Origin: a virus
Virus record (IMG/VR): IMGVR_UViG_2936333065_000001
Span: 2,543 to 66,542 of that record
Direction: 5' to 3' (one strand)
Length of the DNA stretch: 64,000 nucleotides
In this document: positions 54,641 to 63,826 of the stretch, piece by piece
How the letters are laid out: each line of letters begins with the position of its first letter
How positions within the stretch are numbered: position 1 is the first letter of the stretch
Notes under the pieces: generated by a model
The model's database searches: none
The model's input: only the letters and a program-made list of their open reading frames with translations
Told to the model about the DNA's origin: nothing
Translations under genes and position numbers: made by a program

Positions 54641-55762
54641 ATGACATTACCTGTTTCTAATGTCGTAAATCTCAGCATTAGTCTTGCTGCATTAGCGGCA
54701 GGGCCACGTTCGTTTGGCTCATTACTGATTTTAGGTTCAACCAGTGGTGTTATTGATACCATTGAGCGTATGCGCGAATATTCAAGTATTAAAGAGGTTG
54801 GCGAAGACTACGGAGTTGAAGATCCTGAATATATGGCCGCATTGGCATATTTCGGGCAATCACCTAAGCCACGAACACTTTATATTGGTTATTGGCACAA
54901 AGACGGTCAGACACCAGAAACCATTCAAGTCGCCGTTACAGCATGTTTAGATTCACTTAAGTGGTACGGATTGGTTGTTGCATCAGATCTTAGTGATGAA
55001 CAAGTTTTATCTGTGGCGGCATTAATTGAAGCTTCTGATCCAGTGCGTGTATATGGTCATACCACTCAAGTTGAGGATGCAACCAAATCTACAAGTACAA
55101 CCGATATTGCCTACAAGCTCTCAAATGCGAAGTATCGTCGTACACTCTGCATCTTCTCAAGCCACAATGCTTATGCTGCAGCTTCGGTTTTTGGTCGTGC
55201 GTTTAGTGTAAATTTCAATGGTACTAATACCACAATCACCCTTAAGTTTAAGCAATTGCCTGGTATTACACCTGAAGATTTAAAAATCTCAGAAGCCAAT
55301 GCATTGACTACTAAGCGTTGTAATGTATTTGCTTCATACAATAATGACACTGCAATCTTGCAAGAGGGTGTGATGTGTGACGGGTCATTTATTGATGAAA
55401 TTCACGGGTTGGATTGGTTTCAAAATCATTTAGAAAATTCACTTTGGAATCTGTACTACACAAGCACCACCAAAATCCCTCAAACTGCAGCTGGTGTGAA
55501 TCGTCAATGTGGTGTTCTTGAGCGCGCTTGCGAACAAGGTATGGATAATGGGCTGCTTGGTGAAGGACAGTGGAATGGTGACAGCTTCGGGGCTTTAAAC
55601 ACAGGTGATTATTTACCTAAAGGCTTTTATGTGTATGCCAATAGCCTAGATGATCAAGCTCAGTCTGAACGTGAAGCACGTAAAGCCCCAGTCTTTCAAA
55701 TTGCAGCAAAATTAGCAGGTGCAGTCCACTTTGCTGATGTTGTTGTATCAGTAAACCGTTAA
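54641..55762 (+). CDS. Tail sheath protein (DUF3383 family)
   Basis: EY.AA..YF.QSP.P, TLKFKQLPG, FIDEIHGLDW, AGAVH. Confidence 0.9.
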   Translation: MTLPVSNVVNLSISLAALAAGPRSFGSLLILGSTSGVIDTIERMREYSSIKEVGEDYGVEDPEYMAALAYFGQSPKPRTLYIGYWHKDGQTPETIQVAVTACLDSLKWYGLVVASDLSDEQVLSVAALIEASDPVRVYGHTTQVEDATKSTSTTDIAYKLSNAKYRRTLCIFSSHNAYAAASVFGRAFSVNFNGTNTTITLKFKQLPGITPEDLKISEANALTTKRCNVFASYNNDTAILQEGVMCDGSFIDEIHGLDWFQNHLENSLWNLYYTSTTKIPQTAAGVNRQCGVLERACEQGMDNGLLGEGQWNGDSFGALNTGDYLPKGFYVYANSLDDQAQSEREARKAPVFQIAAKLAGAVHFADVVVSVNR

Positions 55763-55771
55763 GGAGCAGTT

Positions 55772-56215
55772 ATGTCTACTTACAGCTTTATGGACACCCA
55801 ATGCTCTTTAACGAGCGATGATGGTGTCATCGATCTTGGTTATGGCGCAGGTATTGCCGAGGAAGGCATTACCTTTGCCATGGCAGGTGACAAAAACACC
55901 ATGACGATTGGTGCAGATGGTGAGGGCATGCATTCTTTGCATGCTGATAACTCTGGACAAGTTACGATTCGTGCCCTTAAAACCTCATCTATAAATGCCA
56001 AGTTGATGAACATTTATAACGCTCAAAAAGGCGTTACGCGTAAATGGGGTAAAAATACTATCACCTTAAACCATTCTGGATCAGGTGATAACCACACGGC
56101 ATCTAAATGTGCGTTCAAAAAAGTACCCGATTATACCAATGCGAAAGATGGTGCAATGGTTGAGTGGGTGTTTGACTCTATTAAAGTCGATATGAAATAT
56201 GGCACTTATGAATAA
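55772..56215 (+). CDS. Tail tube protein (DUF3277 family)
   Basis: YSF.D, KNTMTIGADGEGMHSL. Confidence 0.88.
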   Translation: MSTYSFMDTQCSLTSDDGVIDLGYGAGIAEEGITFAMAGDKNTMTIGADGEGMHSLHADNSGQVTIRALKTSSINAKLMNIYNAQKGVTRKWGKNTITLNHSGSGDNHTASKCAFKKVPDYTNAKDGAMVEWVFDSIKVDMKYGTYE

Positions 56216-56228
56216 GGTTTAATTTGAA

Positions 56229-56705
56229 ATGAATGAAATCATCTTAATTGGTGATCATGAGTATTCGATCGGGCGCTTAAATGCGCTCGATCAGTTTCAT
56301 GTATCCCGAAAAATAGCCCCGATCATCCCTACACTCATGCCAATCATCACAGAAGTAGCTAAAGGCGATCTTGCAAAGGTTATTGAATCTTTGGATGTCG
56401 ATGAGGCTAAAGAGAATCAGAATAATGATTTAAGTGGTCTTCAACCGCTTGCTCAAGCACTCGAACCGTTTATGGAGGCATTCGCTAAAATGCCTGAAGA
56501 TGATGTGAATTATATTATTCACAAATGTCTAGCAGTCACTAAACGCGGATCTGCTGTTGTATGTCGTGGTCAGTCAATCATGTTTGATGATCTGGATATG
56601 GGGCAAATCTTGCCGCTTGTCATCGCCGTGATACGAGTCAGTATGGCAAATTTTATTCAAGGGCTGCTTATGAAGGCATCGAGCATTCAAACACAGTCCA
56701 CATAA
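56229..56705 (+). CDS. Tail assembly chaperone
   Basis: LNA.DQFHVSRKIAP; in-frame A AAT TTT slippery site at 56648-56654. Confidence 0.85.
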   Translation: MNEIILIGDHEYSIGRLNALDQFHVSRKIAPIIPTLMPIITEVAKGDLAKVIESLDVDEAKENQNNDLSGLQPLAQALEPFMEAFAKMPEDDVNYIIHKCLAVTKRGSAVVCRGQSIMFDDLDMGQILPLVIAVIRVSMANFIQGLLMKASSIQTQST

Positions 56706-56893
56706 ATTATAAAAGCTTACCTGGTGAAGAAGACTGGCTGATGCGGCCAGTCATCAAGGGTATGTGTAAATTTGAATCATTAAAAAATGGCAAAGTCGAT
56801 TTAGCTGATATTGCATTGATGAATGATGCTTTGGATGTTGTTGCCGACAATGAATATTTGATCAATGAAGAGCGTGAGCGTAAATCGAAGTAG
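56648..56893 (+). CDS. -1 frameshift extension of the tail chaperone
   Basis: -1 frame is open from AAATTTT to TAG 56893: SLPGEEDWLMRPV.KGMC..ESLK.G.VDLADIALMNDALDV. Confidence 0.8.
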   Translation, partial: KFYSRAAYEGIEHSNTVHINYKSLPGEEDWLMRPVIKGMCKFESLKNGKVDLADIALMNDALDVVADNEYLINEERERKSK

Positions 56894-57041
56894 TTGTAAA
56901 ACTGCATTTAACAACTCAAGTTGATTTTTCAAATTGTGAAAAAGTGAATAATGAACTTTAAAAGCAAAACCCTGATAGTTGGTCGCTATCAGGGTTTTTG
57001 AATTTCCACCAACCGAGAAAGTAAGAGGAAAGTAAATTTGT

Positions 57042-57161
57042 ATGGAAGATTTTATCAAATTAATTAATTGGTGTCTAACGGAGATCAACGAAATGAAAGC
57101 GTGGAGATTTATTGCAATTCTATTAACTGCAATTGCATGCGTATACATTTGGAAGAACTAA
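57042..57161 (+). CDS. Small membrane peptide (39 aa)
   Basis: Own translation MEDFIKLINWCLTEINEMKAWRFIAILLTAIACVYIWKN; AAGAGGAAA upstream. Confidence 0.6.
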   Translation: MEDFIKLINWCLTEINEMKAWRFIAILLTAIACVYIWKN

Positions 57162-57290
57162 ATGAGCGAACAAGGTGCTGATAAAGCAGGTAACAAACTA
57201 GCAAACGCGGCAATTATCGCAGCTTTATGTTTTGGAATAGCAGCGCTGATAGCAGCATTTGGATTGGCATATAAAAATATTGCAGGTTAG
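57162..57290 (+). CDS. Small membrane peptide (42 aa)
   Basis: Own translation MSEQGADKAGNKLANAAIIAALCFGIAALIAAFGLAYKNIAG; abuts the previous stop. Confidence 0.6.
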   Translation: MSEQGADKAGNKLANAAIIAALCFGIAALIAAFGLAYKNIAG

Positions 57291-57302
57291 TAAGGTGATT
57301 TC

Positions 57303-59966
57303 ATGGCACAAGAAGGTGTGATCCGCAACTTCATGGTTGCATTGGGTTTTAAAACTGATAATAGCGGTTTGGGCCAAATGCAAAATGCCATGAAAGGCGT
57401 TGAATTAAAAGCCGTAGCATTGAAAGGCGCATTGATGGCATTAGCTACTGGTGCAGTTATTGCGGTGCGGCAAACAGCAAGTGAATTAGATAAACTTTAT
57501 TTCTCGTCTCAACGTATCGGCGCAAGTGCGACAAATATCACCGCCTTTGGTAATGCTATAAGCCAAATGGGTGGTAATGCTGAAACCGCATTAGGGACAT
57601 TAGAATCATTAGCTGAAAAAATGCGTAATTCCCCAGGTTATGAGGGAATGATCAACAGCCTTGGCGTGAACACGAAGCAAGCTAATGGTGAGATGCGCGA
57701 CCGTGTCGATGTTATGAAAGACTTAAGCGGTGTGCTTGCTCAAATGCCAGCATATCAGGCGAATGCTTACGCTAGCTCATTAGGTATCGATCAGAATACG
57801 CTGTTGGCCATGCGTGATGGCAAGTTTTTATCGAACATGGAGAAATACCAGAAGATTCAAGAGCAGCTTGGCATGAATGATGATCTGACAAAATCAGGCA
57901 ATGAATTCATGACCGAGTACCGCGACTTAACAATGATGACCAAAACTGGTTTTCAAGTTATTGTCATGCAAGCTGGGAAGGCTCTTATTCCAATCTTACG
58001 CTTACTCAATCAGTTGATTCAATCGGGTATATCTGCATTCAGTCAATTAAATCCTGAAATAAAGAACATGCTAGGCATAGCTTTGCGTTTTGCTATGGCT
58101 ACGCTTGTTTTTGGCGGGTTTATCAAGACATTTGGATTGCTGCTTAAGTTCATCCCAATGATAAAAGGGCTGATAGGTTTAGTTCGTTTATTGAACCTGA
58201 GCTTATTGGCTTCACCAATTGGTTTTATTATCGCCTTGGCTGCAGCTTTGGCTTTGCTCTATGACGATTACCAAACATGGAAAGAGGGTGGAAAGTCTTT
58301 AATTGATTGGTCAAATTGGACAGAAGGCATTGAAAGTGCTTTCGATGTGCTTAAGTCGATTTATCAGAACGTTGTAGCATTCAAAGATAATGTAACCGAA
58401 GCCTTGTCGGAATTAGATCCAAGTGTTCAAAATACAATCAAAACGTTTGCTAAATTTGGAGCAATTGGCTTAATACTCTCTCGTTTTGTGCTCGGTTTTA
58501 AAATTCTTGGTATAGCAAAAAAAGCGATTAACGGATTGGGCGGTTCGATTAAATGGCTATTTAAACTCTTTTCTTTTAGCCCTATCGGTCGTGCGATTGC
58601 ATTAATTGGTTTATTAATTACTGCAATAGGTTGGTTGATCAAGGATTTTAACAAATGGAAAAGCGGGGCTGACTCATTCTTGCCATGGGCTAAGTGGTCG
58701 AAAAGCATTGATCGCATAATGGACAAGATTCGTAGTTTTCTTGACTTGCTAGGTAATGTTAAAGACAAGGTGATCAACTTTGTTCAAAAAATCATTTCCG
58801 ATCCCGTTGGAGCCATTAAGGATGTGGTTGAGGTTGCTAAAGATGGCTTGGAGTCCCTAAATACCACTGAACCATCAGAACCAGTTAAGAAAGTCAATGA
58901 AGTCAGCAAAAACATTGTCGATGGTGCTAACAACATTGCCAATAAAACACTTGAGATTGGTATCACTACAATCAAGGGATTAATTGGTTCAACCAAAGAA
59001 ACGCTTGGTTTGGGTGACAATCAATCCAAAGCAGATGCAACCAAGTTGGCTGATGGTGTAAAAGCTATTACCCAAAAGGGCGTTGAGGCGGTAGTGAATG
59101 TTGGCAAGTCGGTAGATCAGACGGTTAAAACATCATTTTCAACAAATAAAGTTGGTAAAGAACTTAAACTTTCTGAGCAAGATATTGTTGATATTATGAA
59201 AGTTGCTTCAACCGAGGTTGTTGGTAGCTTGAAGGGTAAGAACTTTGAGAATCAAGCTGCTGGTGTTGTTGATACTATTTTAAATAGGGCTGCTTCTGAG
59301 AAGTTTGGTGATGGGGTTCGAGGTGTTGTAAATCAACCTTATGCGTTTTCCGACATCAATTCAAACCAAAAAACCGCTTATGGAAGTGTCCAAAAAGTCC
59401 CAATGAGCCGAGTATCAAAGCGGATGGAGAAATTTGTTCGTGAGTATCTCGAGAAACGAGCCAATGGACAAGCATCAAGCGTGGGTGAGAATATCTCTTA
59501 TGCAAACCCAAACTATTTAGGTAAGGCTAGTGCATCCACAAAGAAATGGGTAGCTGAGGTGGAGGCGCAAGCCAAGGAAAGTGGTCAAATATTTGGGGCT
59601 GGTAAGGCGATTCACGTTCATGGCACACCAAGTGCAGATAAGGCGAAAATACCAAAACCTTATTACATATCCACTCCAACAAGAAGCAACACTAGCAATG
59701 CCTTAAACAACCTTCCAAAGGACTCGGTGAGCTTGGCTAATTTCGCCCAAAATGCTTATGTACCAACAGGAAACCCAAATAAGGAACAGGTAAACCAAAC
59801 TAACTCAAACACCAAATCATCTCAAGTTACTATTCACCAAGAATATAAAACCGAGATGACTATCAATGGTGCTAGAGACCCACAAGCATCAGCTCAGGCG
59901 GTCAAGCGGAGTCAAGAAAATGCAAATGTATTCATGGCTAGGAATGCAGTTGGGGCAATCGCTTAA
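57303..59966 (+). CDS. Tape measure protein with C-terminal SleB-like cell wall hydrolase
   Basis: F.V.LGF N-terminus, hydrophobic segments, STE...QAAGVVDTILNR..S.KFG..VRGVV.QP.AFS at about 59190-59625. Confidence 0.9.
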   Translation: MAQEGVIRNFMVALGFKTDNSGLGQMQNAMKGVELKAVALKGALMALATGAVIAVRQTASELDKLYFSSQRIGASATNITAFGNAISQMGGNAETALGTLESLAEKMRNSPGYEGMINSLGVNTKQANGEMRDRVDVMKDLSGVLAQMPAYQANAYASSLGIDQNTLLAMRDGKFLSNMEKYQKIQEQLGMNDDLTKSGNEFMTEYRDLTMMTKTGFQVIVMQAGKALIPILRLLNQLIQSGISAFSQLNPEIKNMLGIALRFAMATLVFGGFIKTFGLLLKFIPMIKGLIGLVRLLNLSLLASPIGFIIALAAALALLYDDYQTWKEGGKSLIDWSNWTEGIESAFDVLKSIYQNVVAFKDNVTEALSELDPSVQNTIKTFAKFGAIGLILSRFVLGFKILGIAKKAINGLGGSIKWLFKLFSFSPIGRAIALIGLLITAIGWLIKDFNKWKSGADSFLPWAKWSKSIDRIMDKIRSFLDLLGNVKDKVINFVQKIISDPVGAIKDVVEVAKDGLESLNTTEPSEPVKKVNEVSKNIVDGANNIANKTLEIGITTIKGLIGSTKETLGLGDNQSKADATKLADGVKAITQKGVEAVVNVGKSVDQTVKTSFSTNKVGKELKLSEQDIVDIMKVASTEVVGSLKGKNFENQAAGVVDTILNRAASEKFGDGVRGVVNQPYAFSDINSNQKTAYGSVQKVPMSRVSKRMEKFVREYLEKRANGQASSVGENISYANPNYLGKASASTKKWVAEVEAQAKESGQIFGAGKAIHVHGTPSADKAKIPKPYYISTPTRSNTSNALNNLPKDSVSLANFAQNAYVPTGNPNKEQVNQTNSNTKSSQVTIHQEYKTEMTINGARDPQASAQAVKRSQENANVFMARNAVGAIA

Positions 59967-59971
59967 ATAAA

Positions 59972-60337
59972 CTAGCGAACCGGATCTACGGATCCGGATA
60001 GCTTTAAATCTCGTTGTTTTAACCATCCCTCGGTATCATTTCCATTTTTATCAACGTACATAACGTATAACCATGTTTGGTTTTCGTTCTTAAATTCACC
60101 GTAAGCAATTACTGAATCTTTAGGGATTAAAAAAAGATCCTTTAACTTACATCTATTTGAAGGAGCAGAATGAAAATAAGAGCGAAAGCCTTTTTGACCT
60201 TGCACGGTATAACTATATTTTGTTCCATAATCTTGTGAATTGTCATCAGCGATTTTAGATAGTTTTGAGCAATCAGTATTTGCAAACACCCCAAAGCTAG
60301 CACTACATAAAAGAGTAATTAGGATTAGTTTTTTCAT
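59972..60337 (-). CDS. Exported small protein, SH3-like
   Basis: Signal peptide ending VFA; two Cys; YFHSAP...LFLIP.D.V...W..V.Y.......EGW. Confidence 0.8.
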   Translation of the reverse strand: MKKLILITLLCSASFGVFANTDCSKLSKIADDNSQDYGTKYSYTVQGQKGFRSYFHSAPSNRCKLKDLFLIPKDSVIAYGEFKNENQTWLYVMYVDKNGNDTEGWLKQRDLKLSGSVDPVR

Positions 60338-60421
60338 TGCTCTGATTCCCGAATAGTGGTCTTAATGCTTAAAGTATCGTTTTGATCGTTACTGTCTGCA
60401 ATAGTTTTATGTTAAGATAAA

Positions 60422-60450
60422 TTGACTAGATGAATTATTAATAGTATAAA
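60422..60450 (+). promoter_or_regulatory. Sigma70 promoter of the moron gene
   Basis: TTGACT-17 bp-TATAAA. Confidence 0.7.
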
Positions 60451-60498
60451 TATTGCAATACCACTGGCAAAATATAGGAAAACTTTAAATGAAATTTA

Positions 60499-61113
60499 AT
60501 GAAGGTACTGGATTTGCCTAAGCCAAAATTATACTTATCAATAAAGCCTGTCTACTTGATGGGTTTTGTTATTTTAGGGGTTTCCATATTTGCATTTCTT
60601 TTTGCACTATGGACGTTGGTATTTGAGGATTATCTATTTTTATGGTTTATTCCCACACCTGAGGTAAACAACTGGGGTGTATTGATTGCTGCTTTAGTAG
60701 CTATGATTGGGTGGTTAGTCACATCCATTATTACAACAAGAAATTCAGTAAAACAATATACTATTACGATGTTGCTTCAATCTAGATTGTCGTCAGAGTA
60801 TATTAAGCATGCTACCGCAGTTAACAATCTTTTAATTGGAAATAAAGATTTAAAAATAGATTTGGAATTTATTAATGACCTAGAAAACCAAGATGTGGTT
60901 GTCTCAGTAACTTATATCTTAAATTATGCAGAATTTGTGTGCGCAGGGTTGCGTTGTGGTGACTTCGATAATCATTTATTAAAAATGACGCTTAAAGGAA
61001 TTTTTAGCAACCTATACGGCCGTTGTGAGCCTTATATTATTGAATGCCAAAAAACCAACCCAAAATGCTATGAGCATTTTACGCAAGTTATCGCGGTATG
61101 GAAGATTAAATAA
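60499..61113 (+). CDS. Membrane moron protein (DUF4760-like)
   Basis: Two TM helices, then KQ.TI..LL.SR and LNY.EFVC.G...G..D; own promoter and terminator. Confidence 0.75.
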   Translation: MKVLDLPKPKLYLSIKPVYLMGFVILGVSIFAFLFALWTLVFEDYLFLWFIPTPEVNNWGVLIAALVAMIGWLVTSIITTRNSVKQYTITMLLQSRLSSEYIKHATAVNNLLIGNKDLKIDLEFINDLENQDVVVSVTYILNYAEFVCAGLRCGDFDNHLLKMTLKGIFSNLYGRCEPYIIECQKTNPKCYEHFTQVIAVWKIK

Positions 61114-61132
61114 ATCACTAAATGTCTTATCA

Positions 61133-61154
61133 GCCACCTTCGGGTGGTTTTTTA
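61133..61154 (+). terminator. Rho-independent terminator
   Basis: GCCACC-TTCG-GGTGGT followed by T-run. Confidence 0.85.
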
Positions 61155-61165
61155 ATGGGTGAAAA

Positions 61166-61807
61166 ATGACAATATCATCAGTTTTAAATTCTGCACTCAG
61201 CACAATGGTATCATCAACACTAACAGAAAAGGTTGGATCACTCTTGCTTGCTGGACGCGGTCGCACAATCATGGGGTTGTTTGCCGATGTAACGATTGAA
61301 GAAAAACACAAAGATGAGCTAGTGATTACCGAACATCCTACCGAAGTTGGCTCACCTATGTCAGATCATGCATACAAAGAGCCGCCAGAAGTCACAATTA
61401 AAGTAGGTTGGTCTGAAAGCGCTGGCAAGTTGAATGGGTTGGTTGGAGATTCATTGCTTTCTGAAACAACAGGACTTGTGGCTGTTTACGAAACACTGCA
61501 GCAGTTGCAAGACTCGAAAGTACTATTGGTCATATCAACAGGAAAGCGTTTATACACAAATATGTTGATCAAGTCTCTTGGCTGCACTACAGACTTGCAA
61601 ACTGAAAACGTTTTGATGATTGAAATGACATTGAAAAAAGTCTTTCTCGTTCAATCAGCCGAGACAATTGTTTTACTTGATAATCAAGCGAATCCTTCTG
61701 CTACTGCGGCAATATCGAATGGTGGAACCGTTCAACCCAAACAAGTCAATGAGTCTAAGTTAAGCAAAGGTGTTGGCGTAATTAAAGAAATTTTATTTGG
61801 GAATTAA
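61166..61807 (+). CDS. Baseplate organisation / Dit-like protein
   Basis: E.H.DEL.ITEHP.E.G....DHAY and TGKRLY.NML. Confidence 0.85.
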   Translation: MTISSVLNSALSTMVSSTLTEKVGSLLLAGRGRTIMGLFADVTIEEKHKDELVITEHPTEVGSPMSDHAYKEPPEVTIKVGWSESAGKLNGLVGDSLLSETTGLVAVYETLQQLQDSKVLLVISTGKRLYTNMLIKSLGCTTDLQTENVLMIEMTLKKVFLVQSAETIVLLDNQANPSATAAISNGGTVQPKQVNESKLSKGVGVIKEILFGN

Positions 61808-61809
61808 TT

Positions 61810-62109
61810 ATGGCTACTTATGAAATACCCTTAAGCACAGGTAACCAAAAGTTTAACGTTCAATTAAATAAGATCAGTTACAAACTTCAATTTATTTATC
61901 GATTAGATGCTTGGTTTATTGATGTGATGGATGGGTCTGAAAATAAGATTATCTCTGGCTTAGCTTTGAATTCTGGTATCGATCTACTTGAGCAGCACCA
62001 ACATTTAATCAAAGGTTCATTATTTGTGACCAACTCCAATAAAGACGAGTCTCAAGGTTTTTATGATCTAGGTTCTAAAATTCAATTATATTGGAGTGAT
62101 CCGGCATGA
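61810..62109 (+). CDS. Baseplate small (plug-like) protein
   Basis: EIPL...NQ.F and G.DLL.Q motifs; position. Confidence 0.75.
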   Translation: MATYEIPLSTGNQKFNVQLNKISYKLQFIYRLDAWFIDVMDGSENKIISGLALNSGIDLLEQHQHLIKGSLFVTNSNKDESQGFYDLGSKIQLYWSDPA

Positions 62110-63074
62110 CTTTGCAATGGGAACGAAAATGTAAATTAACGGTTCAGATAAATAACGGTCAACCAGAAGCATTAGATTTATCTGATTTTAAGATCGCCTT
62201 TCACATTGGGCAGGCGACCCGATCAACCCCTAAAGCTGCCGAGTTTTACATTTACAACATGAGTGAATCAACCATGAATCGCTTGGCAGGTGTAAACAAT
62301 GAGCGCATTGATACTACTGTGATTCTTGAGTGTGGCTATATGCTCGGACCTATGGAGATTGTCTTTAAAGGACGAGTATTTCAGTACCGCCGTGGACGTG
62401 ATAATCCGACCGATACTTGGTTGTGTATTTTAGCTCAATCAGGTGACAAACTTAAAAGCACAGCTTTAGTTAACCAGTGTATACCTGCAGGTACCACAAT
62501 ACACGATTCAGGGAAAATTCTAATTGCTGAGGCAAATAAGCAAGGTATAGAAAATGGTGAGCTCGTTGAGCTAAGACAACAACAATATCCGCGCGGCCGC
62601 GTATTCTTTGGTTCACTTGAGCAGAATCTTCGACAGTTCTATGAAGAAAATAATATGCTTATCGACTTCTCAGATGACACATTAAACATTGCACCGGTGG
62701 CTAGTTATATTCCTGTACCCGTACAAATCCTTACTGCTAAAACCGGTATGGTGGGTATGCCGCAACTTACCAGTGATGGTCTCAAAGTGACTTGCTTACT
62801 TAATCCAAAAATGAAATGGGGTGGGCGTGTTCAAGTAGATATGAGCAATCTACAAACTGAGGGATACGATATTTCCTATGGTGGCCAAGAAGTAGATCAA
62901 GCCCAAAAAGACCCTAGAATGGCCACCAATGCAGGTGGCCTTTTTCTTATTCGGTCAGTTGAGCATTATGGAGATACCAGAGGGAATGATTGGTATACCG
63001 ATTTGGTATGCATTGGTATCGATGCAATGGTGCCTAAATCGGGTATTACTGTTGAATCAGTGGAGTCAAACTAA
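62106..63074 (+). CDS. Baseplate hub protein
   Basis: IYN.S, L.CGY......F.G, TG.VG.P......G..V.CLLNP. Confidence 0.85.
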   Translation: MTLQWERKCKLTVQINNGQPEALDLSDFKIAFHIGQATRSTPKAAEFYIYNMSESTMNRLAGVNNERIDTTVILECGYMLGPMEIVFKGRVFQYRRGRDNPTDTWLCILAQSGDKLKSTALVNQCIPAGTTIHDSGKILIAEANKQGIENGELVELRQQQYPRGRVFFGSLEQNLRQFYEENNMLIDFSDDTLNIAPVASYIPVPVQILTAKTGMVGMPQLTSDGLKVTCLLNPKMKWGGRVQVDMSNLQTEGYDISYGGQEVDQAQKDPRMATNAGGLFLIRSVEHYGDTRGNDWYTDLVCIGIDAMVPKSGITVESVESN

Positions 63075-63784
63075 TGGCATTAACATTAAACGAACTTTCA
63101 CCCGATCAACTCTCTATCATTCAAGATGCTATTCGGTCTGAATTGGCTAATCTTTGGACTGCCTTGCCGTGTGAGGTAGATAGTTATAATTCTGAGGCTG
63201 TGACAGTGAACGTTCAGCCGCTCATCAAAATTCCAATTCGCACAGAATCTGGTGATATTGAAACTGTAGAACTTCCTGTTATTCAAGACGTACCAGTAAT
63301 ATTCCCATGCGCTGGAGGCTTCACGATCACACATCCTATTAAGAAAGGTGATGAGTGTTTAGTGTCGTTTGCAGATCGTAACATTGATTTGTGGTGGCAA
63401 TCTGGTGGTATCCAAAACCCCTTTGATATGCGTAAACATGATTTATCAGATGGGTTTGCATTCTTCAGACCGCAATCTCAAACTAAGAAAATTAGTAATA
63501 TTTCTACTGACAATCTTGAAATCCGTAATGACGCTAATACATGCAAGATTCAAATAACCCCAGATGGAGAAATCCACTTTATTGGAACCAAATCAGTATT
63601 CCATCACCCTGTACAGATGCAACAGACATTGCAAGTTGCAGGTGCTTCAACGATGCAGAGCGGTATGACAGTATCTGGTAAATCTGAGTTATCAGGTGGG
63701 GCAAAAATAAGCGGTATTGAATTTGCAACTCATAAACATGGCAATGTCCAAAGCGGTGGCTCTGATACTGGGAATCCAAAATAA
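63074..63784 (+). CDS. Baseplate spike (Gp138-like)
   Basis: DVPV.FP..GG...T.P...GDECL..F.DR.ID.W, R.HDLSDG, C-terminal HKH. Confidence 0.9.
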   Translation: MALTLNELSPDQLSIIQDAIRSELANLWTALPCEVDSYNSEAVTVNVQPLIKIPIRTESGDIETVELPVIQDVPVIFPCAGGFTITHPIKKGDECLVSFADRNIDLWWQSGGIQNPFDMRKHDLSDGFAFFRPQSQTKKISNISTDNLEIRNDANTCKIQITPDGEIHFIGTKSVFHHPVQMQQTLQVAGASTMQSGMTVSGKSELSGGAKISGIEFATHKHGNVQSGGSDTGNPK

Positions 63785-63826
63785 TCCAATCACATGGTGA
63801 GGGGCAGTCGAAAGGCTGCTTTTTTT

